DNA of 62,798 nucleotides, counting the filler, from Rhabdomonas costata (lineage: Eukaryota), in the NCBI GenBank assembly GCA_019059605.1. It is 46 parts of 46 records of this genome, joined end to end, with 100 filler letters (N's around TTAATTAATTAA, not from the genome) between each part and the next. Parts side by side here need not be neighbours in the genome. Positions count along the whole stretch, not along the records: positions 10,943 to 12,210 come from JAHMHO010021291.1; positions 12,311 to 13,578 come from JAHMHO010021292.1; positions 13,679 to 14,946 come from JAHMHO010021293.1; positions 15,047 to 16,313 come from JAHMHO010021294.1; positions 16,414 to 17,679 come from JAHMHO010021295.1; positions 17,780 to 19,046 come from JAHMHO010021296.1; positions 19,147 to 20,413 come from JAHMHO010021297.1; positions 20,514 to 21,780 come from JAHMHO010021298.1; 38 more parts are not named here. One strand, written 5' to 3'. Below, in pieces: positions 11,899 through 25,389 of this stretch. Below the pieces are notes generated by a model. That model saw only the letters and a program-made list of their open reading frames with translations. It made no database searches and was not told the origin of the DNA. Both the position numbers and the translations under genes were made by a program. How positions within the stretch are numbered: the first letter of the stretch is position 1; each line of letters begins with the position of its first letter.

Positions 11899-14800
11899 CC
11901 AAAACCTACATCATCAGCACCAGCCCGCATAGACAATCATCATCATATAGACAGGAACTGAGACAGACTCCGACACATAGACAAACACAAACTACGCATG
12001 AACCAAAAGCATCATCCACACTACATATGCATTTCTGCGCATTACAACACTAAGTACACTTAATGTGAACCCAAATGATGTGAATGTGCGAATTGGATGG
12101 CGCCACGTTCGACATGCCAAAAGATAGAGATATAGGAAATGGACACGGCAGGGGCCCTAGTTCTTTACTGGTCGTATACTCGCATACTGCTCGTATACTC
12201 AACCCCACACNNNNNNNNNNNNNNNNNNNNNNNNNNNNNNNNNNNNNNNNNNNNTTAATTAATTAANNNNNNNNNNNNNNNNNNNNNNNNNNNNNNNNNN
12301 NNNNNNNNNNTTGTGTTTTGAAGTCCGACCATCGGGCGTCGCGTTACGGGAAGCACTAGGTTGGTTTTTGAACCCGCTTTCGTGCTTTTGCAGGTCATGG
12401 GGGTGTTGTGTGGTGGACCGTGGTTTGTTGACTGTCTCTGCTCGAAGGGGCCTTGCTGTGCTTTCGCAGGATGATGACGCCGTGATTAGCCCGGCGCGGC
12501 GCAGCGAGAGCTTCCGCGGGGGCATCGTCCCCAGCTCGTCTCTTCCCATGGCCAAGCAGCAATGCCCAGTGGCTGTGGCGGTGTGTGTGTAAGTGTCCAG
12601 GGGCGGGACGTTCACTGTGCGTTCTCTCCGGAAGGCCCAGTGTCGATTCGGTGAAATGAGCCGACCTTCTCTGGATGTCAGTTTGACTTGTTCCCGATAT
12701 TCCACCCTAAATAGTGGCGGGAACACTTGACTGCATCTCGTCCCACACGCCGATTTAGGTGGTGGTGGGGTCTTATTTTTTCCAGGACTCCTCCGTCCCC
12801 ACGGACACCGGGTCTTCTGGGACATCGCATGGCTCCTATGGGCGCAACGTAACTATGCCGCTGCCTAGACCACCCTCAGACACAGAACTTCGGCAGTGTT
12901 TCTCGTGCCCCACTGGGGAAAGTGGAAAGGAGTGGTGAGGAGGCTTTGCCGAGTGACTGGTGGTGTGGATTTGCAGGTGCCCTTGATGTCGCATAAATGG
13001 TGCTGTTCTTGTTCCTTCTACCTTTCTGTGCATGTGCGAGCGAGCGCTGCTCCTTGTAACGCACCCGTTCCTCCAACACTAAGTAAAAGTGTGTGGTACC
13101 ACATTTTCATTGGCTTGCGCTGTCGACGCCACCTTGCCATCGGCTATAGTGCATCACCGGTTTCTGCTGCCGGAACGCCGTTGCTGTCCGTCCGCTCAGT
13201 ACAGTTCACTCGTCCTCGGATCGGCGGGGCTCCAAGATTCTGTGACCAATATTTTTGAACCTATTTCTTGGAAGAATGAAATTCACAGCATTAGTATTTT
13301 TCCATTACGTGCATGATCGAACGATTTTGTTGGGGCGAAAATCGCAACATGGTTTGCAGTCGTCGGGATAAAAAGGGCACCACAAAGTGTCTCTTACACC
13401 CCATTTAAGAATTCCCCTTAACCATCCCAGATAAGCTTTCTTAGTCGCTGCTGTCTCTGCTGTCTCTCACGTCCTTAAGGTGCACCACCGATTCGCAGAA
13501 TTTTTTCTCTGTACCCCGTTCCATTATTTTCACTCTGTGTTCCCTCCTCCCTCTTCCCGTCTTCCTTTCCACAACACCNNNNNNNNNNNNNNNNNNNNNN
13601 NNNNNNNNNNNNNNNNNNNNNNTTAATTAATTAANNNNNNNNNNNNNNNNNNNNNNNNNNNNNNNNNNNNNNNNNNNNTGTTTTTGGGCATCACTCTACC
13701 ACTTTCCGAACCTTCAGCTGGGGCCTCCACAATCCTACTTAGGAGTTGCGGAGGCCCCAGCTGAAGGTTCGGAAAGTGGTAGAGTGATGCCCGCAGCCAC
13801 ATTTTTAGAGGGAAAACATCCGGGAAACGGCTTGTTCATCGGGCAAACGGCCGCGAGGACACCGGCCCTGTTCCAACCGGCACTGTTGTTTTTTGGAACT
13901 TACGTGTAAACCTGATGTGTGGGATTTGCGCACTGCTCAATCGCGCTGGGGTGTGGAAGAGGCAAGTGTGCGAGGCAGAGGTGGAATGAAAGCGCAAAGG
14001 AAGCAAAAATATCATGATTACTGCAGAAGGTGTGGACTTTCGCAAAACTCAATGGCAGGAATTCCCTCTCTCGTGCATCGGTATACTTCCTCTGCAAAGG
14101 GCAACAGAAAACAACACTCGGCGCATGTCAACAGAACTTCGTGATTCTAGAATTACACACACAGGCCAACAGGGCCAGCTTACAGACATTATTTACTCTC
14201 TGGCACCCGCCCGCCTGGCTGGGGTTTTCACACCCAAAGCCTCGCAAGTCGCCGCTGCACTGCTCTTCGGGTCTGCGGCCGGAATTTCGGCCCCTCCTGG
14301 GCCCACAAAGCCAGATGATACAGTCGGGGAATGCTTGTGAGATGAACACGCGGGGGAGTCAATTTCGTTTGCACCATGTCGAGATGGGTCTTCACGGCTC
14401 TTTGCAGCAGGCAAAATGCCTGTGTTCTGCGGTGAAGAGTGAGTGAGTGTGTGTGCGCTACTTGTGTCCACCGAAAGCAAAACCAAGCAGCTATGCTTTG
14501 ACTGGCACAAAGGACTATTCGACCTTCGCTCAAGGGTCCGCAATATTATCCTATCAGATCATTCGACTTGAAGCATAATATAAAGCAAGGGAAGTTGAGC
14601 ATTTAGAAGATTTTAGAGTCTACATCCAGTTCAAAAGAGCGTGCAAATTTGTGGGGGGCACAGACAGGTTTTTTCAAAACGCTTCATGACGTGCGTATCA
14701 TACAGGGAATTTCGAAGGGCTTATTCGTACTCCTGGGGCTCATTCGTACTGTTGTTTCACAGAAGATGACACAGTTCGCTTTCAAAAGACATCAGACACC

Positions 14801-16699
14801 ACCTCCACGCACGCATCTCACAGCCGAAGTTAATGGCACAGCAAACTGGCTTATGCGCCCGAGCAGAGGACGGGATGTGCCCTCAAAAAAACTACAACAC
14901 CACAACAAACTGATCTTCAGTCTTTTTGATGCTTAGAAAACACACCNNNNNNNNNNNNNNNNNNNNNNNNNNNNNNNNNNNNNNNNNNNNTTAATTAATT
15001 AANNNNNNNNNNNNNNNNNNNNNNNNNNNNNNNNNNNNNNNNNNNNTAGATACAGCCGTGCGCAGTTATTGGGTCCATGTGGTCTGGATGTTGCACAAAG
15101 ATGTCGACTCCGTCTACAGTTGGTCTTGAAGTTATGTAGAATACTGGCATCAATACAGACGTTATTCTGTGTTTCGGGCACTTTTATGACCACATTGGGC
15201 ACAGTTTTGTGTGCGGCAACGTTCACGATTCTGAATGGACCATGGCCAATGTGCTTGCACATGGCCTCTCTGCCAGTCATTACATTATGAACCATTGCAG
15301 CACTGGACTGGAGTTCATTGTGTGCATGTACGCATGAACGACTTCTTACTTGCGTCCAGAAGCTTCTCTGACGATGTATGCCTGCTCGCCACTCCTTTAA
15401 AAAAAAGTTGAGCTACTAGTTGGCGCTTACATGAACTGGTGTCAGTTGCTTTGTGTGCAGATACACCTTTGAAAACTGAGCTCTGGTGCTGTAAGCTCCC
15501 AGGTTGACGGCGTATCACCATTACCATGGAGTCTGGACTTCTTGAACGTGCGACTCGGGCCACAACCCTCATGGTAGGTATCGAGCTGGGCAAATAGAAG
15601 CAGCTACGGTCGCACACGTTGCATATTGACTGGCAAAAGCTCTACATGTTAGCCGTAGATTGATAGCATCGGCCTTTCCTGCCACTGTGGAATCACATAT
15701 GTGGCTTAGTGCAATTCTTCCTCGTGCCTGTACAGCGGAGCGGTGCGCAATATATCCACCATACACTTGCTCCATCTGTGGACCTGAAAGCGAGCCCTCA
15801 CCCGACTGCCACCATTGTATCTGAGTCATTTTTCTGTTGCGGAAGTCATTTGTGCCCTCAATCATCCACGGCTAAACATTCTTGCTCTGAGGCTGCGGTG
15901 GATCCAAGTTCTGGGGAACATCTACGGACTGCTGTGTCCCTTGCACCGACGCCTTGCGTTCTCGGATGATGATTGTTTTGCTTTCATCTTTTTTCTGCCA
16001 AAGCCGTGCACTTGCAGCCTCCTCCTTTTCTCCGTTGAATGATGAGACCTCCTGACCTTCGTTACCACCGGTTTCCGACCATGCACATCGGGCGCCGTGT
16101 TGAGGATGATGAGGATCCGTTGATGGTGATGTCCTTGTGGTGCCGTGGTGCCCCGCACCTGGTTCTTACAATCGCGCGGTTTTGGACCTCAGCAATTTGA
16201 CCAGGGGGAAGAACAACCCAATGTTCGCCGGTGTTTGCGGCGAGGACGCTAAATCCTCTTCTACGCCACCGCTCTTTCCGGCTTTGGGCGCGGGCCCACC
16301 CAAAAGCTTCAGGNNNNNNNNNNNNNNNNNNNNNNNNNNNNNNNNNNNNNNNNNNNNTTAATTAATTAANNNNNNNNNNNNNNNNNNNNNNNNNNNNNNN
16401 NNNNNNNNNNNNNTGTTTGGATTGGGATCTGATGCTGCCGGGGCGCTCCGCGGCTGGGCCGCTGACGGGGCTTGGTTTGTGTCTGGGGGGCTAGCTGCTG
16501 GCCGCGGCCCAGCGCCCCTGACACCGACGGGGTCCCGGGTTCGCTTCCCCGATCCGCACGCCATTGGTGGGGCTGTGGTTCGGTCCGGAAGCTGCCGGGT
16601 GGTGTCGCCGTGTGTGTGTGTGTTCTTCTGTGGGGCAGGCGGTTGCTTGCCCCCCGTCCCCTCCGGTTCTCTGAATCGTGGTTGGCGGGGGACCAGAAT

Positions 16700-17679
16700 G
16701 GACAGCCGCACGCGCCAAGGTGCGGGCCCAAGAAACAGACAACATGTAGGGAAGACATCGGTGGCGCATGCCCGAAAAGGCACACATGACGAGCAAACCG
16801 GCTTAAACAGAATGGAAGCGGCAGAAAAACCAGGCGCAACGCAGCCGGAAGGCGCCAAAGGAAACAAAACAAACCAGGAAACTGGCGGCATTCCGACCGA
16901 AAACCCCAAAGGGCACGCTGAAAATTCCAGCAATGTTCCACGCAGTTTCCTTCATTCTCCAAGAACCGCTGGGAAAAGCAACGAGTCCACCACCAGAGTG
17001 AGAAAGCTGGCAGACCAAGTCCCTCCAAATCAACAATACGATGATCATGATAGAAGAAACAAGAAACCTGCAGGCCTGCGAGAGACACAGATGGGGGCAC
17101 TTCGAACGATCGGAGAAAGACATTTCCGAAAGGTGCACCACTCTCTGATGGGAACAATCCAACAGTGAGACGTGGGCTAGAATTGTCACGAAGGGGCCAA
17201 GCACCCACTCAGGTGAGGGCTGATCGGGCGGCGAAGCTGAAACAGACCCCCTACCCGCATCGCTTCACCCAGCAGGAGCACACACAAGAAGGCAGGCTGG
17301 ATGGTTGACAGAAAGGGGGGTGTTTTTTATTACCTCCTGTTTGCTTACTCCAAGCACACTTAAAATCGTAGACAATTGAGCAGAATTGTCAAAAGGAGTG
17401 TTTTACTACCCTGAGAAGTCCCATCACCAGGACTGCAAACCCTGGATTTAATTTTCATTTTAAACGCTTCGTCTTTCTACCGTGATGTGATGTGAAGAAT
17501 TTTGACAGACAATGGCCCGAGATGCCACCTGACACTTTGGAAAACAACTCGACCATGGACCGAACTTTTCCAGCATCCATCCATCCTGCCTTCATAGAAT
17601 GATATGGCCGTAGAAGGCTACCCTGCATATGGAGCAGAAGAACCAGATGGAAACTTCCTACTATGCCTGGAACTGAGAT
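16700..17679 (+). mobile_element. Possible decayed non-LTR retrotransposon ORF1-like sequence
   Basis: A hydrophilic unspliced frame is followed by TWARIVTKGP, which resembles the LINE ORF1 S/T-W/Y-A-x-V motif. Many stops. Confidence 0.2.
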
Positions 17680-18436
17680 NNNNNNNNNNNNNNNNNNNNN
17701 NNNNNNNNNNNNNNNNNNNNNNNTTAATTAATTAANNNNNNNNNNNNNNNNNNNNNNNNNNNNNNNNNNNNNNNNNNNNTGTGGTGTTGATGGCTGAGTG
17801 TGTTTGGGTGTTGAGGTTGGATGTATGTCCGTATAGCCAATGGGGCACTTGATGATGATTCTATACTCTCGTTTTGGTTGGGGAATCCTCCGCCAATGCT
17901 CTTTTGCCCTGTACTTGGGCTGCGTTTAGCACTTAGCACTTCAAGACTGACCGCGATGTATACCTAAAAAAAACTGACCAGACCCGAGTGGTTTAGCCGG
18001 GGCTTGGGGCTTGCGTTGCATTTACGGAGTGCTTCAGTCTATAGGCCTGGAGGCATTTCACGGGTCATATTTGAGCCTTTTTCACGGCCTGCTGACGAGC
18101 GAACTTCTTCCCAATCAATAAGCAATCCTGTCAAAGATAGGTGCTTTTCCTGTGCCACTCATTGTGATTTTGGAACCCCCACCCGCCCATCTGTGTGGAG
18201 GTGTGGAGGCGGGCTGTACAATGGTGCTGCTGAGGAGCTGTACAACGACGGAAGCTCGGGTCACTTGATATATCTAGGCTGTGGGCATATGATAGAGGAG
18301 CTTAGTCGGGCGGACGTCACAAAAAGATGCGACCTCTTATCAAAAAAAAAGTCAGCGGTAATTTTGTTTGTATCTCCAGTTGGTTCAGGTGGCGTGCAAT
18401 GCATTTGTAACGCGCCCGTACCGTACCCGAAACTAG

Positions 18437-18604
18437 GAGCGCCACAAGGGGTGGGACGCGGTGTGCCGGTGGCACGACGTGCTCTCCCTGGGCGAGCAGC
18501 AGAGGCTTGGGGTGGCCCGTCTGCTGTTTCATGGCCCGGCCTTCGCTGTGCTGGACTGCTGCACCGACGCCGTCTCCGTGGAGGCTGAGCTGGGGCTCTA
18601 CCAG
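18437..18604 (+). CDS. ABC transporter subfamily D (peroxisomal type) nucleotide-binding-domain exon
   Basis: ERHKGWDAVCRWHDVLSLGEQQRLGVARLLFHGPAFAVLDCCTDAVSVEAELGLYQ matches the ABCD signature W.DVLSxGExQR…ARL.Y/FH.P.FA.LDE.TSAV. The 168-nt exon is AG/GT-bounded. Confidence 0.9.
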
Positions 18605-20702
18605 GTGTGCGTGGACAAGGGGACGGGGAGAGAGGGGGTCAGAGCAGAAACGATTCTTCTGTGATGATTTTCCCAAAAGGTCATCATCAGAATGTCGCTT
18701 ATATGGTTAAAAAAACGCCTGCAGAACTACGGTCGTCGAAGCACACCTTTGACACAGATACTCCTTATCGGGATTCATCATGATTCTCGGTTACTTTGCA
18801 GCAAACCTCAGTGGCTGGCTGCCCATCGTCAGTTCTCACATGGATTTAGTGTCTGCTACACGATCTCTTGTGTTATTCTTTTTCGTGCAACAGCACCGAA
18901 GGCCTCGCATCGTCGTGGGCTTCAGTCTGATATCTCTTTTGGCGCTTGTCCTTTTTGGGTCCCAGGAGCCTGTTAGCTCAAGAGAGCAGTATGGTGAACC
19001 CCCTATTGTCGAGTGGACGCAGATTCTAAGCCCGATACACCAACACNNNNNNNNNNNNNNNNNNNNNNNNNNNNNNNNNNNNNNNNNNNNTTAATTAATT
19101 AANNNNNNNNNNNNNNNNNNNNNNNNNNNNNNNNNNNNNNNNNNNNGGGTGTGAGCTCCGGTCCCCTTTTTCTGCTAAAATTTGAAATTTGGGCTCATCT
19201 TTGGGTGCGGCAGAACGCAAGGGCCACCACCTTTATTCCATGACCCAACTCACTTTGGGCACAGCGCTTGAGCAGGCAGCGTTTCCGGAAAGGCTTTATT
19301 CCTTTACCGTCATTCTAACCGGCAATTTTCACCCAATTTCAAATTTTAGCAGAAAAAGGGGACCGGAGCTCCCACCACTTCCCATTTCCGACACATCCAC
19401 TTTCAGATGGTGAAAGAAAGATGTGACGAAAGATTAATGCGCACATAAAATGATACCACCGAAACACAGCGCAACAGTGGACGGGCTGTGGTGGAGCACG
19501 GGGTGGGGCTTGTGGCTACGCCCGTGCTGCTCACCTCAGCGGAACTCCTGAGGTCCGTACTTCCGCTCTGAGGCGGCCCTGGGGGATCCCCCAGGACCAC
19601 AGCGTCCACGGCCCCGGTTACGGCAGGCTTCCCGCTCGTTGCAGTATTTGTTGTCCAAGCTGAACCAGGCCAAGATTCCTGGCAAGGAGTCACCGTGGAA
19701 AAGGTGGGGAGGAACAAGGAAGGTACACCAGGTGTTGAGTTGAGAGACAGATTAGAGACGGCTTACACACCACCCAAGAAAAACCAGAATAACAGAAAAG
19801 CTTCGTCAGGGTACCAGCAGAGTAAAGACGCAGGAATGTCACATTGAAGGACAGTTGTGTGAGAGTCTGGTGCCGGGGCACCGAAAGCGTGAAGAGTAAA
19901 AGGCTCTCCTGATGATGTGGTAATTTCTTCGAGCTTTTCTGTGGCAGGTGGCATCCGGTGGAAGGGTAACCTGTCTCTCGGCTAATCTTGTCAGGCATGG
20001 ACAAGGTGGAGGAGGGTTACCTGGGAGGTTAAGAAACCGCACAGGCCCTCGCCGCATGGGTGTACAACAGAGGCATCGCTCCCGGTCTCAGCACTTGCAG
20101 AGACCACGTGGGCAGCTGGCAGATCGCAAGCGTCGTCGGCCTGAGCGGAAAACATGGCGGAGGGAGTGACTGTCCCCTGAGGGAGGGAGGACCCAGCAAT
20201 CGCTTCTCTGAGAGAAAGATAGGGAGAAGAAGACCGTGTGCGTGCGGTGCGGGTGTTCGATGCGGAACTTGCGCCTTCAGCCTGGGAAAAATAAACTCAG
20301 AGATTCTGCCCCTACGCGAGAGATGGTCCGATCCAAACAGCTTTTGTTTCATTCACACTTGAGAAGATGTGTGTTTCGCATGAAAGGGAAAGCCAATACG
20401 TCCTACGGCGGGANNNNNNNNNNNNNNNNNNNNNNNNNNNNNNNNNNNNNNNNNNNNTTAATTAATTAANNNNNNNNNNNNNNNNNNNNNNNNNNNNNNN
20501 NNNNNNNNNNNNNTGGAATCATGGAAGATAGAAGGCGACGCACCTTCCCAACTTTCTGCTTCCTCTGCCTCGGTTTCCAGTGGACCTCCTTGTAGTTCAG
20601 ATTCGGGTACAACGTATCCCCCACCTGGCCCTGATCCTCCATCAAGGAAAACACAATCAACGGGAACAAGTTACCTTAGTGCCATTACCATCTGATCTGC
20701 AG

Positions 20703-21371
20703 GAGGCCGCCGCGGCCAAGAAGCAGGCTGAGCAGCAGGCTGCGCTGGACGAGGCCGCGCGGGCAGCCGCCGCGGAGCGGGAGGAGATTGAGCAGCTCCG
20801 CCAGCAAGTGCTGGAGGAGAAGTCGAAGTGTGCCGCCGCCACGGCAGCCGCCCTGCAGGTCTGTACTGCCCGAAAGCTTGTGCGCACTCCTGTATGAAGT
20901 GTGTTCTATGTGTGCGCGCGGTTCTAACCCGCCAGCAGTGCCACACATCGGGCGGTGTCCCAATGCATTTGTGCATCGCCTCCCTTGGAAGTGGGCCCTT
21001 AAGCGCGAACTCATGGGAGCTAAGGGTCCAAACTGTTGTGAATTTTTGCAAAAATCGAAATTTTCGAAAGAATCGATTTGGAGCTAAGCCCCCCACCCTC
21101 TCATCCCAGCTCAGCGGAATCCCGACCTTCATCGCTAAGACACTTCTGCATTCCCACAACTCTTACCCCTGCGCAGATAAGCCAACAGAGTATAGCGCGA
21201 CACTGAAGAATGGCGCTCCACCTCCGCCTCATTTCGGCACAGGAGAGAGACTCCCTGGCGCAGATGAAGGCCCAGTGTGAGGCCACTCACGACGCCCTGG
21301 CCGCGAAACAGGCCGCGGAGTTCCAGGAGAAGCTCTCCGAGCTCAACGTGGAGCGCGAGAAGCTGGCCGAG
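20703..21371 (+). CDS. Coiled-coil protein exons (20703-20858, 21264-21371)
   Basis: Phase-0 AG/GT exons encode A/E/K/Q-rich helical sequence with strong GC3 bias. Confidence 0.7.
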
Positions 21372-22366
21372 GTATAATCCCCCCCCCCCGACCCCGTGCT
21401 GTTGATAACGGTAGTACTTTCTTTTGTGTGCAGTGGTTTCGCACAGTGATTACAGCACGGAAAATTCCCAATAGTAGCAATAAATGAACGTGCTTTAAGG
21501 GCTCAAAGAATTTTTATACAGAGGGTAGAGCTGGCCGGGGTCTAACCTGCCTCGCTGTTGTAGCTGCATACCGTATGAGGGGTTTTTAATGGCTCAATAA
21601 TTCGGAAGGGTGGGTCCAAGTTAGACGGTTACTACTGATAATGCTGCCTCCGTTGTGCTCTGGAAAGGTTGATGTCTTCGCTATATTTCCAGGAATGCAA
21701 AAACATCCTCGGAATGGTAACCACGTCACTGGCATTTTTGCCGTTTATTCTTCTTTCCATTGATAATCACACCAACACAANNNNNNNNNNNNNNNNNNNN
21801 NNNNNNNNNNNNNNNNNNNNNNNNTTAATTAATTAANNNNNNNNNNNNNNNNNNNNNNNNNNNNNNNNNNNNNNNNNNNNGTGTTTTTGTCATTTTGATC
21901 TAACCTCTTTTTCTGCCTGAATTACATTTCTTTTCTTCTATTTTGCGTTTCTAAGGGAACTGACTCAGCTCCGACATCCGACTCCCTCTCTTAGATGCAA
22001 GGCGTGCTGTAACGCATTTCAAATAAGTTCAATAGCTTGCCAAATTCTCTTTTAATTTTCTAGAATGTCAATGAAAGGAGTATTGTCCTTCATTGGAGCT
22101 TTTTCTTTCCAAAGGAACACTTGCTCAGCCGAGTTTGGGGAGTTTGCCGTCGGACCTCCGACAGGCAGTGCTGCATTTGCAACGGAGGGGGAGCATTGTA
22201 GGTGCAGATTGGTTCCAACCGTGTGCACTCAGAAACGGACCATACCATCTGGGGTATGTATAACCCCCGCCCCGCAGAAAGAAAGATGCAGAAGAATTGA
22301 TCATCAGGATTCTTGTTTTTGTGGAGGGTTTTCTTTTGACACCAATTTCCGCCTCTCCCCTTGAAG

Positions 22367-22521
22367 GTGGTGGAGATTTTGACGCAGCACCTGGGGATTT
22401 TGATCCGCAAGGCGCTCGCCTTGGTCGACCCAAAGGCTTCTGCTGTTGCCACAGACCAGTTGGTGCAGGCCTGCGTGATCCACCGTAACGCCGTGAAGAT
22501 GTACGGCTGGCTTCTGCACCG
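22367..22521 (+). CDS. Condensin I subunit CAP-D2 (Cnd1/Ycs4)-like N-terminal exon
   Basis: HRNAVKMYGWLL resembles the conserved H/R-NA-L-KMY..LL motif of the Cnd1 N-terminus. AG/GT-bounded. Confidence 0.55.
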
Positions 22522-23247
22522 GTACCGCTCACCCCACACATTCACGGGGACATCTTCCGGGCATTCGATTAAATCTCTCTTTCATGGGCGGAAGCATTCA
22601 AGAACATTCAGACGAGGCAAAAAGCCGCCTTGTTTCCATTGGCAGTGGCCCTTCATTCTCTTCTTTTCTATTGTGCTTCATCTTGCTTAATGGTTCATTC
22701 TGCGGTTCCTCCAACGAGAAAGAGAGAACAAGGAGCCTGCCGAACCCAAAAGGCAGGCAATGAACGCGGACGTAGATCCCCGAGGACGTACGAATGGGCG
22801 GAAATCTGCCTGTGGTGGTCCTACCTTCTTTTGTACAGAAATACAGGGGCTTCTTCGGGGACCAAAATCACTGGTTTGGATTTTGGGAAAGTGAAGAGGA
22901 GAGTGCGGGTGTGCGTGTTCAACCATTCGCCCATGAGATCAGACTTCTTTGCTCCTCTCTTTGCACTGCATTTAGCAACATCAAAGGCTCCAAAATTAGA
23001 TCTCACCGAATGAAAAATAGAGTCATACGCTTGTACCATTAAGCGGTTAAGCGGTCGCGGAGGGGGGGGTGGAATGGGATCCAGCGTTGGGCAGAACACG
23101 AAATGGGAGAGGAGGTGCGAGGGAATGGAGATATGCGACCACAAACCNNNNNNNNNNNNNNNNNNNNNNNNNNNNNNNNNNNNNNNNNNNNTTAATTAAT
23201 TAANNNNNNNNNNNNNNNNNNNNNNNNNNNNNNNNNNNNNNNNNNNN

Positions 23248-24288
23248 AACGAAGTTGCCAGCGTAGTACCGGCCGTCCGCGTAGCGCAGGATTCCCTTGC
23301 CATGGCTGACCCCGTTGCGGACCTCCCCATCATAGCTGTGAAACCAAGGAGGCTCCGAAAACTGAGGATTTCTGTTCGCTTCCCAGCCGCAAAAGAAAAA
23401 AGGTTATGGCGTAGGAAGGTAAGGCTGTACTTCGTACGTCGTCAACTCATAAAAGCAACTTCTGAGGGGAAAATGAGTGGCACAGAGGCAGGACCTATCA
23501 CCATTGGCCCAGCGAAAGACACCCCGACCATCCTTCAGGTCGTGCTTGTAGTCTCCATCATAAGTGTCGCCATTTGCCCAGCGATAGTACCTTAGAAAAG
23601 GGGGGAAAGCAAAGAAAGAACACAACACAACGCTGCTTGAACTTAAACTTGAGCTTGAATCAGTTGAAAATAACAACAGAGAGCCACTTTTCGAAACATC
23701 ACTGTCCCTAAGTCAAAGAAAAAAACTGTCACTGAGGCAGTTGTTGGCTTTAAGGACATAGGACGTAAGAGACAGGCATACCTTCAGTCAAGATTCTTGT
23801 GCAGAGCACCGCTCAACTACGCTTAAAAACTGATTAGAAAAACAGCAGACACAAAGACGCAAGGAGGACCCTTTTCCGTTGCGATGATCACGGTCCCACT
23901 CGCCATCGTAGTAGTCCATGTTCTTCAGGGTCAGCTTCCCCCAGCCATGCTTGCGGTTGTTCTTGAAGGAGCCCTCGTACACCCCCTCTGCCGTCCGCAG
24001 GGTTCCCTGGCCCTCCATTCGCCCATCAACCCACTCGCCCTCGTAGTGGTTGCCGTTGCTGAACTTCATCACTCCCTTGCCTTCCATCCGATCACTGACC
24101 CAGTCGCCCTCGTACACATCGCCGTTGGTGAACTGAAATATCCCTTTCCCGTGCTGAACACCCTTGCGAAACTCCCCCTCGTAGACCTCGCCGTTGTGCC
24201 AGATGAACTTCCCTCGGCCGTGCAAGAGACCACCCTTGGTCTCCCCGATGTACTTTCCAGCGTCATAAATAAGCGTTTGAACCGGCAT
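23248..24288 (-). CDS. MORN-repeat protein, 5' part (exons 24288-23870, 23590-23495, 23335->23248)
   Basis: Many YxGxWxxGxxxGxG repeats. Two phase-2 GT-AG introns restore the repeat (NGKG|YYRWANG, GDS|YDGE). Confidence 0.95.
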
Positions 24289-25389
24289 GGCAAGTCATCA
24301 AAATACTCTTTTAAAAAAAGCGCTAGAACAACAAGAAGAAAATACAGCATATAAGACCGAGAAAAAAGAACATTAGAAGCAATACAAATGCAGAGGCCAT
24401 ACTCAGGTCAGAAGCGCTGGCTATCACTGAAATGATATTGTCCGCGGCACCTCAAAAAGTCATGGCCGAAAAATATTCACTCCAGGTTAGGCATTTTCGA
24501 ACATTTTTGAAGGCNNNNNNNNNNNNNNNNNNNNNNNNNNNNNNNNNNNNNNNNNNNNTTAATTAATTAANNNNNNNNNNNNNNNNNNNNNNNNNNNNNN
24601 NNNNNNNNNNNNNNGGTTGGGGAATTGACGCTTTTTTTCATCAGGGAAATTAAAATACTGCCTTCAAACAAGACAAAGTCAAAGGGTGGTATGACAGCAA
24701 AATGCACATCTCTCATCCAGTGCTTGTAACTGGGCCTGCTCTAACGTCAGGTGACCGTGTCACAGCGTGTCACCGTTGCACGGACAAAAAACAAACACAG
24801 GCATGTTGCGGAACCTCTGACAGGAGCACTCATTAATTCCAGGGGTGTGGGGGGGGTGTCGTCCACTGGTTGGTATCAGGTTTCCAGTGACGACATAAAC
24901 GAGAACAGAACACACTGCAGGCGAAGTGCTTGCGTGTGATTATGTGAGTGTGGGTGTGAGCGAGTGAGTTTAGCAATGCGTAGAAAGGACCTGCTCTGGC
25001 GCGTCAGGAACAGCTGGCCCCGCCGTGGAGGCGGGCAAGGGTTGCTCCGGGACTTTGGGGGCCTTGTCCTGTCGCATTCACCCCCACACCCCGCTTCCAA
25101 AAAAAACTATTTGCTTCTTGTACCGCACACTGACAAAAAACAAAACACGGACAACGACTGGATTCACTTGACAGCAGTCTGCAGCACCAGCGCCTGTGCT
25201 CTTAGCGCGGCCTTACCACCATCCCTCCTCAAACACACACTCTCATCTGACGTTGCACTTTTATCAGGTCGTCTTGTCCCCAAGAGGCGGTGGAGAACCT
25301 GAAGGCAGGGCATGTTTTTTTGACGGCTATTACAACGAACTGACGAACTGTTGCCAAAACATGCGACACAACGAAGAAAAAAGTGAAAC

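Noticed and set aside
13686..13792. Long hairpin as a miRNA precursor or MITE
   Set aside because: It is contig-terminal with a primer-like mismatched end, the same pattern as eight other fold-backs, so it is most likely an amplification artefact.
23884..24354. Long antisense ORFs opposite real genes (also 59151-59597, 43868-44347)
   Set aside because: These are shadow ORFs caused by GC3-rich codon bias on the true coding strand.
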